DNA from: Epithemia pelagica
Lineage: Eukaryota > Protista > Bacillariophyta
DNA length: 64,000 bases
Direction: 5' to 3'
NCBI GenBank assembly: GCA_946965045.2
Contig: OX337234.1
Coordinates: forward strand, 806,001 to 870,000
The number at the start of each line of letters is the position of its first letter. The stretch's first letter is position 1. The translations under genes were made by a program, and so were the position numbers. The notes beneath the pieces were generated by a model. It was not told where the DNA came from. It did no database searches and worked only from the letters and a program-made list of their open reading frames with translations. Positions 51,101-61,268 of the stretch are shown in pieces.

Positions 51101-51662
51101 AAGATAGAGCCACTTGCTATTCACACTATTGTTAGAACTTGACGCAGTAGGCAGTTCCAGTCAAACTGTGATAGTGGACAGCTACTACCGGCAACAAGAA
51201 TAGCAACAAGTCGGTCACCATTCGGTCCAACTATAGTGACCTGGGTATGCGTGATTTGCCGATGCTCATGGCGGACACTCAATCGGCACGTCGTCCACTA
51301 CGGGGTTGGGCGTCACATTCACCAAGGAAGCAGGGTCAGGAGAAGCCTGGATTGAAGCCGGACCCCCGAATCGAGGTGCCAGTTCTTCGAGATCGACCCT
51401 TCCTTGGCCAAGCTAGGATTCAATCAAGCTACCTAGGTAGTATCCATGCCCAGATAGGGGGGATTGAGGTCTTTTGATTCCTTCATTACAATCGATTTCA
51501 GTGTTTTGAGTACATAGGCCAATTTTATTACCGAAATAGTGGGAACTTGATCTAACGACCCGGATACGTCGAACCAATTTATCATTTTGCGTTCCAACGG
51601 CCACTACATGTAGAGAACTGCAATCTGCATTCTTGCCCTCAGTAGAGAAGCTGCTGCTACTA

Positions 51663-53064
51663 CTAGGAACGAATCGATCCACCTCGTCTTGCATAAATGG
51701 TAAAGTAACACTCTGGAATACCATTCTGTTGCTGCTTTGATGATCTCTTGTGGTTATCCACTCGCTTTGGAGCTTCTTCGTCGTAGAAGACAACCCGCCT
51801 GGGACTCCCGCTGGTCAACGACCCCAAGAAAGGCTCTTCTTCAAATCGGACGAGCTCGCATGGACTAAAACAAACAGTTTCCTCAATGCCATAGAGATGT
51901 CGAATTCCCATTGATTTCAAAGTAGTGAGACTTACAACAAAGAATGGCTTGTGTTCCCAAGAGTTTTGGATGAGAAACTCTAAATCTCCATTCACGAGAC
52001 GAGCGCCCACGACAAGAACGGCATGGTTGGGGTTGAGAAACTGCGGACTGTTCCTCATGCCACGGCGCGCGAAATAGCAAATCGTCACTGTCGATAAGCT
52101 CTTGTGTGACCTTCAATCCCTGAATCATGTATGCACCGTTTGTCTGCAGTGTCTCTGAGAAAATGTCAAAGAGCGTACGAGCTCTGAGACAGGAAATTGG
52201 AATTTTGTGGTTGACTTCTATCTCGGGATTCTGTTCCTGCAGGAGTCTTTTGGCATGAGGCTCTAAATGGCCACCGTCGCCGCGAAAGATATTGGAAAAG
52301 ATCTCTTTGGGGGAGAATCTGTTCCGCATGTACCGACACACATTGATGTGTTTGTACTTTGGCTCTTTCTCCACAACATCATCCGAGGAGCTAGTTCTTT
52401 TCTTTACTCGTTGAAGTTCGCCCAAGTAGTAAATGGCGTTCGCCACCACGACAGCGTAGCAGATCGTTGAGTCTTGTCGCTGGTATCGGAGAAAGGGTTT
52501 GACACCTTCATCAAAAAGGGTTACCTTGGTTTCGGATTTTTCGGTACCCCATTCTGGATGGCGTTGAAGAAAGTCTGCAAATTTCGAATGACCAGAATCA
52601 CCAGAGTCTTCTTCGTCGCCTTTCTTCCGGACAAAGGCATCAAGTCTCTTTCCAAATGCAGACTCGGGATCCATTACAGCGTCGATGAGATTTTGGAATA
52701 TACAGTTTGGGTCTTTTTGAACTAGTTCAGGCTGCTTCTTGAGCAGGAGGAACGCTGCCTTGACCTTTTGGATTCCGGTGAGTGTGCTCCATTCATGGCG
52801 ACTAGCAAGAGAATTCCATTCGACAGCTATAGCGTGAATAGGACGGTCCGATAACTTTGCTTGGGGAGGTGTACATTTGTTCTGCTGAAAGAGGTCGTGG
52901 ACCGTCTTTAGTCGAGTCTTTGGAGACTGAATACTTCCCGTCGTCTCTTCTTCCTCGTCAGCCTCGGTGGACGCCGTTACACTTTGAAGATCGGGAATAT
53001 CCTCAAACTTGCTCCAGTCCATACTCTCAACAGTCTCGTGATTGTTGATGGCTTCTTGACTCAT
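51663..53064 (-). pseudogene. Papain-fold protease, type A, frameshifted, unit 11
   Basis: A 2-bp deletion (CTGTGCGGAC to CTGCGGAC, ~52043) shifts the frame just before NHAVLVVG, removing the catalytic His and Asn. Extra private changes E>Q and G>C. Confidence 0.88.
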
Positions 53065-56000
53065 TGTGTAATACTTTCGGTCCTGATCAATATATGAAAA
53101 GCAAGAACTCAGACCGTGGACAAAGTTCTACCTTAGTTGTCTTCTTGTGATTTTGGGACTGTGAGAGGCGTTTCGCAGTTTCGTTTTCGATCGTGGAGGA
53201 ACACATTGCGCTGCGGGATTAGACTCTCGGAATCGAACGACGTGCAGGCGCGTTTACGCTCCCCCTTTTGTTGTTGTGAGCCACACAAAACGGCGATCGA
53301 TTTCCTAGTAAAGGTAGATCCATGGAACGCTAGGCGGACCTGACTGGAATTTTCAAAGCAATAAAAGGTATACTGTAGCGGTCCATTCCTTTGCTGTTTT
53401 TATGTTGTTTCCTGTTCTTCTTCTTCTTCTTGTGATTGTTTGCATTGGGCCAGATGCTCTTGCAACTTCACGAGGCAATTGGCGGCCTGGAGATAGGATT
53501 GCAAACACGCACGAGCCTCTTGTTGCGCCCGATGCAATTCCTTGGGTGGCAAAGCTCCCGCCAACAATTCCAAAGGATCCATCAAGCCATTGGGAGAAAA
53601 AGAGGAAGCCAATGACGACGACGACGACACGGGTGGTTGAGACTCGGACTTGGCGGGTTCTTTCTCTGTTTCAGTCACAACCAACATTATTCCAGGAGTG
53701 GTTGTAGTCTTGTGGTCCGTTGTGCCCTTGTTTCGTCGTCGTTGTCGCAATCCTGTTTGTTCGGTGGGAGCATGGATTCGTCGGCTTGGTTCGCTTCTTC
53801 TACTGCTTCTTCACGATGCAAGTCGGGAATGTCACCATCCGTTTTCGTTTGTTTCGTGGTTCGTTCCGCCTTGGTTACTGTGATTGTGGTTGTTTGAGTG
53901 GTGGTCGTTGGTCCAGATCAAGGAGACATGAGTCGTGGTGGTGCCTGGTGCGTCTTGTTGTGTATTATTCTTGTTGTGATCTGTAGTCGCACATGGAGGC
54001 GAGTGGACTTTCCCATCGTACATTGGAAGCGGTGCAGTAGGATTCCATGGCCAATAGTGCAGTAGCTGTAACCGAGAAAGACGGCACAGGTGTCGTTGAT
54101 CTCCAAAGTTTTTTTCCCAATGAGCGTCTGTAGCCGACGGAAGTTTGAGTGTGGTGATGGCTTATCGACTTGTGCACCCCAAAATACCGTCTTGAAATTC
54201 CGGTAATGTTGAGCAGAAAGATGTCAAGCCTGCGACAACACCCACAGTCAACAAGCGATTTGACAGGCGTCAAAACACATGAGACAACCGCATCTCCAAT
54301 GTCGTATAAGACATCCGGGCAAAATAATGCGTCTGGTCATGATCGCCTGTGTTTTGACCCTCAAAGCCAACCCGAAATGCCCAGGTATCAAAAGCACTCG
54401 GTATCTTTAAATCATGGTTGAAAGCCTTTTTTCTCTTGAACTTCCTGTGGCCTTGTCGCTCGGGTAGGTGCCAGCTACAGTTAGGACGACAACAGCATGC
54501 GGAGAGCTGCAAATGTCCAATACGGTTAGCGTGGAGGCCTCAGAACCATTCTGTGCACACAAAATAGATGGCCTCCCGTTTCAAAATAGTGAAAGCCGTC
54601 ACCTAGAACGATTCTAATATCACAATTCGAAAATCAGCAACACAACCGATTGGAATACCGCCTTCGTAGACTTGGCCAAACGCGTAGGGGAGCAAACAAG
54701 AGGAGCAAAGCTGCCAAACATTTTGTGGACCCTGATCGTTGCCCTCATCGCTGGATAGATGCTTTGAGCAGATCGTGCATCTTTATTTCGGCACTCTGCT
54801 GCTTCTGTCGTTGTCGCTTGCATATTCCATGACTGAATGGGCTTGATGCATGCTCTCACTCTTTCAGGTGCAACGACCAAAAGGTCTTTGCTGTTCAACG
54901 TCAGTCCGTCGTCTCGGCTTTAGTAATCCAACTGTAACTGTGGGCAATGAGATATTCTTGATTGGAGCAAGGACAATGATCAACAGCAAACGTCGGTCAC
55001 GCAGTGATCATAACGATAGCCCAGGTGCGTTGAAGAAAGATAGTCGGTTTGGAAAGTATTACAAAATGAAGTCTGTTGGTCTATACCTGAAGGAGCCCTT
55101 CGCAATGTCATGACTCGAGACAGTGTAGACCTTGATTGGGAGAAGAACTATGAAGACCACATATCGAAGCCCGCATGTGATTCCATGGATGGTCCTGCCT
55201 AAAAGATAACGAACGATTCTCAAAGTTAATCTGTAGGTTTACCGGACGGTGCCGCAATTAACGCAATGACAAGGGAAGATGTTGACCCGAGGGCTCTGGA
55301 ATTAGACTGGGACAAGAAATATGAAGCAAAACACTGGAAGAGGAAATCTGTTGGCTTACCCGACGGATGTTGTGATATGAGAGAGCTTGGATTTAGAACG
55401 TCAATTCTAGGCGACAGCGTTGGAGAAAAAGACCAGTGTGCTACAATATTTGGTCAAGTTGGGATGAAAAACGATGAAGAGCTCCTCAAGTTCAGGAAAG
55501 ATCTAGAGCATGCGAAAAAAACCCAAGTCTGTACTCATGGCAGCGATTTCATCGAAGGCTGAGACACAATAAGATGCTTCAAACAACGGAAAGCCGGATT
55601 GATGGCTGCAAAAGCATCTAAAGGGCAACCCAAAGATGTCAAGCCCTCCGATGGGGAAAATCCGGATTGATGGCAGCGATTGCTGCAAAAAGGTCCCAAA
55701 ACGACAATGACTCTAACGACTAAGGAGGGAGATCTGGATTGATGGTGGCCATTGCCGTCTTGGTGCCGAAGAATGACACCGCAGATGCTAACAATGATGG
55801 AGCAGGATTGGTTGGCTGCAAATGCCGCCAGAGCGCCATATCATGAGAGCACCAAGAATGACAAAGCGGGATTGATGGCCGCGATTTCCAACAAGGCACC
55901 GAAAAATACCAGTAACTCGAATGACAGAGGAGGAAGAGCTGCCTTAGTGGCCACCAAGGGGCCGAAGAATGAAATGTTCCAGTCTTAGTTAACCAACTAC

Positions 56001-56600
56001 TTGGAGAAACTCGTGTTGTAACTCCATCGTTTTGTTCAAAGATAGAGCCACTTGCTATTCACACTATTGTTAGAACTTGACGCAGTAGGCAGTTCCAGTC
56101 AAACTGTGATAGTGGACAGCTACTACCGGCAACAAGAATAGCAACAAGTCGGTCACCATTCGGTCCAACTATAGTGACCTGGGTATGCGTGATTTGCCGA
56201 TGCTCATGGCGGACACTCAATCGGCACGTCGTCCACTACGGGGTTGGGCGTCACATTCACCAAGGAAGCAGGGTCAGGAGAAGCCTGGATTGAAGCCGGA
56301 CCCCCGAATCGAGGTGCCAGTTCTTCGAGATCGACCCTTCCTTGGCCAAGCTAGGATTCAATCAAGCTACCTAGGTAGTATCCATGCCCAGATAGGGGGG
56401 ATTGAGGTCTTTTGATTCCTTCATTACAATCGATTTCAGTGTTTTGAGTACATAGGCCAATTTTATTACCGAAATAGTGGGAACTTGATCTAACGACCCG
56501 GATACGTCGAACCAATTTATCATTTTGCGTTCCAACGGCCACTACATGTAGAGAACTGCAATCTGCATTCTTGCCCTCAGTAGAGAAGCTGCTGCTACTA

Positions 56601-58002
56601 CTAGGAACGAATCGATCCACCTCGTCTTGCATAAATGGTAAAGTAACCCTCTGGAATACCATTCTGTTGCTGCTTTGATGATCTCTTGTGGTTATCCACT
56701 CGCTTTGGAGCTTCTTCGTCGTAGAAGACAACCCGCCTGGGACTCCCGCTGGTCAACGACCCCAAGAAAGGCTCTTCTTCAAATCGGACGAGCTCGCATG
56801 GACTAAAACAAACAGTTTCCTCAATGCCATAGAGATGTCGAATTCCCATTGATTTCAAAGTAGTGAGACTTACAACAAAGAATGGCTTGTGTTCCCAAGA
56901 GTTTTGGATGAGAAACTCTAAATCTCCATTCACGAGACGAGCGCCCACGACAAGAACGGCATGGTTGGGGTTGAGAAACTGCGGACTGTTCCTCATGCCA
57001 CGGCGCGCGAAATAGCAAATCGTCACTGTCGATAAGCTCTTGTGTGACCTTCAATCCCTCAATCATGTATGCACCGTTTGTCTGCAGTGTCTCTGAGAAA
57101 ATGTCAAAGAGCGTACGAGCTCTGAGACAGGAAATTGGAATTTTGTGGTTGACTTCTATCTCGGGATTCTGTTCCTGCAGGAGTCTTTTGGCATGAGGCT
57201 CTAAATGGCCACCGTCGCCGCGAAAGATATTGGAAAAGATCTCTTTGGGGGAGAATCTGTTCCGCATGTACCGACACACATTGATGTGTTTGTACTTTGG
57301 CTCTTTCTCCACAACATCATCCGAGGAGCTAGTTCTTTTCTTTACTCGTTGAAGTTCGCCCAAGTAGTAAATGGCGTTCGCCACCACGACAGCGTAGCAG
57401 ATCGTTGAGTCTTGTCGCTGGTATCGGAGAAAGGGTTTGACACCTTCATCAAAAAGGGTTACCTTGGTTTCGGATTTTTCGGTACCCCATTCTGGATGGC
57501 GTTGAAGAAAGTCTGCAAATTTCGAATGACCAGAATCACCAGAGTCTTCTTCGTCGCCTTTCTTCCGGACAAAGGCATCAAGTCTCTTTCCAAATGCAGA
57601 CTCGGGATCCATTACAGCGTCGATGAGATTTTGGAATATACAGTTTGGGTCTTTTTGAACTAGTTCAGGCTGCTTCTTGAGCAGGAGGAACGCTGCCTTG
57701 ACCTTTTGGATTCCGGTGAGTGTGCTCCATTCATGGCGACTAGCAAGAGAATTCCATTCGACAGCTATTGCGTGAATAGGACGGTCCGATAACTTTGCTT
57801 GGGGAGGTGTACATTTGTTCTGCTGAAAGAGGTCGTGGACCGTCTTTAGTCGAGTCTTTGGAGACTGAATACTTCCCGTCGTCTCTTCTTCCTCGTCAGC
57901 CTCGGTGGACGCCGTTACACTTTGAAGATCGGGAATATCCTCAAACTTGCTCCAGTCCATACTCTCAACAGTCTCGTGATTGTTGATGGCTTCTTGACTC
58001 AT
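56601..58002 (-). pseudogene. Papain-fold protease, type A, frameshifted, unit 12
   Basis: Same 2-bp deletion (~56981) as unit 11. Confidence 0.88.
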
Positions 58003-58337
58003 TGTGTAATACTTTCGGTCCTGATCAATATATGAAAAGCAAGAACTCAGACCGTGGACAAAGTTCTACCTTGGTTGTCTTCTTGTGATTTTGGGACTGT
58101 GAGAGGCGTTTCGCAGTTTCGTTTTCGATCGTGGAGGAACACATTGCGCTGCGGGATTAGACTCTCGGAATCGAACGACGTGCAGGCGCGTTTACGCTCC
58201 CCCTTTTGTTGTTGTGAGCCACACAAAACGGCGATCGATTTCCTAGTAAAGGTAGATCCATGGAACGCTAGGCGGACCTGACTGGAATTTTCAAAGCAAT
58301 AAAAGGTATACTGTAGCGGTCCATTCCTTTGCTGTTT

Positions 58338-59255
58338 TTATGTTGTTTCCTGTTCTTCTTCTTCTTCTTCTTGTGATTGTTTGCATTGGGCCAGATGCTC
58401 TTGCAACTTCACGAGGCAATTGGCGGCCTGGAGATAGGATTGCAAACACGCACGAGCCTCTTGTTGCGCCCGATGCAATTCCTTGGGTGGCAAAGCTCCG
58501 GCCAACAATTCCAAAGGATCCATCAAGCCCGTGGGAGAACAAGAGGATGCCAATGGTGGTTGAGACTTGGACTTGGCTGGTTCTTGCTCTTGTTCAGTCA
58601 CGACCAGCATGGTTCCCGTAGTGGTTGAAGTCTGGTGGTCCGTAGCATCCTTGTTTCGTCGTCGTCGTTGTCGCAATCCTGTTTGTTCGGTAGGGAGCAT
58701 GGATTCGTCGGCTTGGTTCGCTTCGTTTGCTGTTTCTTCAGGATGCAAGTCGGGAATTTCATCATCCCGTTTCGTTGGTTCCGCTGTCGGTTCCGTCTTG
58801 TTGTGACTGTGGTTGTTTGAGTGGTGGTCGTTGGTCCAGACCAAGGAGAGATGAGTCGTCGTGGTGCCGTGTGTTGCTGCCTCTGCGGCGGCGGCGGCGT
58901 CGCGAGTCGTACTCGTTGGGGAGGGTGCTTCTTCTTCTTCTTCTTCTTCTTCTTCTTCTTGAACGTGTACTCGCACATGGGGTTCGAGTGGACTTTCCCA
59001 TCGGACATTGGAAGCGGTACAATAGGATTCCATGGCCACGGGCAATTCCATACTGGCATGTCGATGACGAGCCTTGGTGATATTCCAAAGACAGGCTTTC
59101 CAGTGGAAATGGGCGTGATTCACCAACTCTTGTTGATAGTCGTGCACCAATTGCAACACTTGAATCGAGCTGGAAGGGAGAGGAGGCACGGTCCTCATGG
59201 GTGCCGCCGCAGCGGCTCCCGTTGTAACAGCAATACTTGGGTCGTCCACCACCAT
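58338..59255 (-). CDS. VMA22: V-ATPase assembly factor Vma22/CCDC115-like protein (~305 aa from MVVDDPS)
   Basis: The N-terminal block VLQLVHDYQQELVNHAHFHWKACLWNITKAR and the C-terminal block DPLELLAGALPPKELHRAQQEARACLQSYLQAAN resemble the two conserved CCDC115/Vma22 blocks (..WLSLAKARY.. and DPL.WFG.L.P..LR.AQ..F), separated by a low-complexity linker. Recognised by motif memory, not by a search. ATG 59255 is preferred over the track's GTG at 59603. Confidence 0.72.
   Translation of the reverse strand: MVVDDPSIAVTTGAAAAAPMRTVPPLPSSSIQVLQLVHDYQQELVNHAHFHWKACLWNITKARHRHASMELPVAMESYCTASNVRWESPLEPHVRVHVQEEEEEEEEEEAPSPTSTTRDAAAAAEAATHGTTTTHLSLVWTNDHHSNNHSHNKTEPTAEPTKRDDEIPDLHPEETANEANQADESMLPTEQTGLRQRRRRNKDATDHQTSTTTGTMLVVTEQEQEPAKSKSQPPLASSCSPTGLMDPLELLAGALPPKELHRAQQEARACLQSYLQAANCLVKLQEHLAQCKQSQEEEEEEQETT
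58928..58960. repeat. (CTT)11 microsatellite encoding the poly-Glu tract of the VMA22-like gene
   Basis: Read directly from the sequence; translates on the minus strand as Q followed by 10 E. Confidence 0.95.
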
Positions 59256-59593
59256 GGTGTCACAGAGGTGTGGAGTGGCCTTTGTGTCTACTGTCTGTGT
59301 GCTGGTTTGGATGGAGGTGTGTGACGCAACAGAGAACGACAACAATAACTGAAATAGACTCGTGCGTGAGAGTCCTAGAAAGGAGCAATGGGAAATACTG
59401 CAAACAAAACACCCACAAGGTATTGGAGTTGCAGCAATGACAGGCTGAACGAATGAATGATGAATATGGCGGCGATGTTCGTCCAGGAAAGTGGTACCCC
59501 CAAGCATGGGGTGAGTCCAATCACGCGTGATTGAATGCACTTCGTGCATTCGTCTACTCGAAAGATATCCACAGCGGACGCTATTACTCACGG

Positions 59594-59771
59594 TGTAGTT
59601 CACAACGACAAGTTCAGAGCATTCAGCAGAAGAGTGAGCACCTCAAGGTGCGCTCCTCGCATAACGTTACACTAGGATACTTTATCGCTAAATACTGACT
59701 CGCCAACCTCTCATGCGCGCCAGTCGAACGCGTACAGGCGTGACCGGTACTCGCGCTACCACATTTATTCG
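59594..59771 (-). repeat. Putative 3' LTR (~178 bp)
   Basis: Follows the pol stop and a purine tract and ends ...GAACTACA on the minus strand. The 5' end reads CG rather than TG. There is no second LTR in the window to confirm it. Confidence 0.45.
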
Positions 59772-59772
59772 G

Positions 59773-59779
59773 TCTCCTC
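59773..59779 (-). promoter_or_regulatory. Putative polypurine tract (GAGGAGA)
   Basis: Purine run ~37 bp after the pol stop, directly before the putative LTR. Confidence 0.5.
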
Positions 59780-59815
59780 GGGGATTTTGCATTTCTTGAA
59801 TCAAAAGCCTCGACT

Positions 59816-61268
59816 TTAATAGGTGAAGCGCATCAACAAATAGTCGCGTCGTTTGTCTGGCAGAGGTTTGGTAAATAGGTCGGCAAGGTTAGTATGTGTG
59901 CCTTCTTTGGCCACTCTGATGGTGCCAGAAGCCACTGCTTCACGGGCACGATGGTAACTTATGCTCGTATGCTTCTTTCTCAGGGTCGAGTCAGGAATCG
60001 AGCTATTTTTGAAGACGGCATCATTGTCGCAGAACACGTCGGTCGGTCCCTCCAAAGGGACACCGAACATTCGTAGCTTATACCGCAGGCCTTCGATTTG
60101 CTCCACTGCGGTTTTCATCGCAATGAATTCGCTCCCGAAGGTACTGGTTTCCACGGTGTTCTGCCTCTTACTATACCACATAATTGGGGCACGATTGACG
60201 AATATGAGTATACCCGTCTGCGACCGTCTTGTGACTCTATCGCTTGCATGATCCGCATCAACGAAACAGTGCGTAGACACGGACTTCCCCCTCGGCTGTG
60301 GCATGTCTCCTGGAATGGATTCCCTTGCATCCCGATAGAAATCATGCCAATCAAAGGACTGAAATGACTTTTCACTGATCCTTGGGTATGTCGGGTCCAT
60401 CCATAGTCGACGCTTCGGGTTAGCTTTTAGGTATGCACAGATATGGTAGAGCTGCTCCAAATGACCTTGTCGTGGCATGGCCAAGAACGTCGACATCATG
60501 GCAGTCTCCAGGAGAATGTCAACACGACCCAACTCCACTGCCCATCGTAGGATACCGATCAGTTCTTGGTACCGCTGTAATCCGTCGGCCTTGAGCTCAG
60601 GACTCGTATCTTCTTCGGGCCTATATTTGTATTGAAGTGGAGTTTTCACTTTTAATGGCAATCGTTGATTCTTCTCAGCCAGTGATTTCTCAATATTCTC
60701 CAGTGCGGCTCGAACGTACTTCTCGGATGAGATGTACCATCCTTCTACGCCATCGAACTCCATCGTACCGAGCTGTGCTCCAAGATACATATCGGGAGGT
60801 TCGATCTTATCATCCTTGAGCTTGAAGACATGTTGAACGGATTTCAAGACTTCATCTGACTTCTGTGACAGCGCTAACAAGTCATCGACATAACAGAGGA
60901 CGTATTCATAATACTCCTCGCCATCTGACTTTACTGCCGGCCTCAACCACACATCGGGGTCGGCCTTTGAAGGTTTGAACCCGATATCATGGAGAGTCTC
61001 TGCGAGGTGGGCTCGAAATGCTGCCCCACTAGACTTGAGTCCATAGAGAGCTTTCTTAATGATCATGATAGTCCCTTCCTCAGACCCTAGCTCGGGTCCC
61101 GCAACGAACCATATCTTCTCTCGACAATTCGCAGTCAGGTACGCATTCTGTATGTCACACGCCGAAATCTTGAGACCGTTCAAGGCTGCAATGAGGAGGG
61201 CAATACGAACTGAGTCCCGCGAGACGACAGAAGAGTACGTCAACGAGGATGGTGTCTCCGTAAGATGG
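59816..61268 (-). CDS. Copia Pol C-terminal part: reverse transcriptase and RNase H
   Basis: HLTETPSSLTYSSVVSRDSVR, DIQNAYL, YALKSSG-like YGLKSSG, YVDDLL, CFVDADHASD, NLADLFTKPL. Continues the upstream ORF across a +1 frameshift at 61269-61274. Confidence 0.92.

Larger units (their letters stand above)
1..58499. repeat. Tandem array of ~4.94-kb units (11 full + 1 partial)
   Basis: The same ORF set recurs with units starting at 1, 4941, 9881, 15301, 20232, 25172, 30103, 35041, 39981, 44921, 49861 and 54799. Periods are 4940, 4940, 5420 (480-bp insertion), 4931, 4940, 4931, 4938, 4940, 4940, 4940 and 4938. Units differ by few SNPs/indels. Near-identity to the unit ends at ~58499-58529. Confidence 0.99.

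Noticed and set aside
1-58499. Array as a pure assembly artefact
   Set aside because: Units carry shared and private variants, a unit-specific transposon with a TSD, and shared indels in non-adjacent units. The exact copy number still needs read support.
59256-59603. 116-aa N-terminal extension of the VMA22-like ORF from GTG 59603
   Set aside because: Starts at a non-ATG codon that overlaps the putative LTR end, has no family-like motifs, and reads like UTR or promoter sequence (CA-rich).
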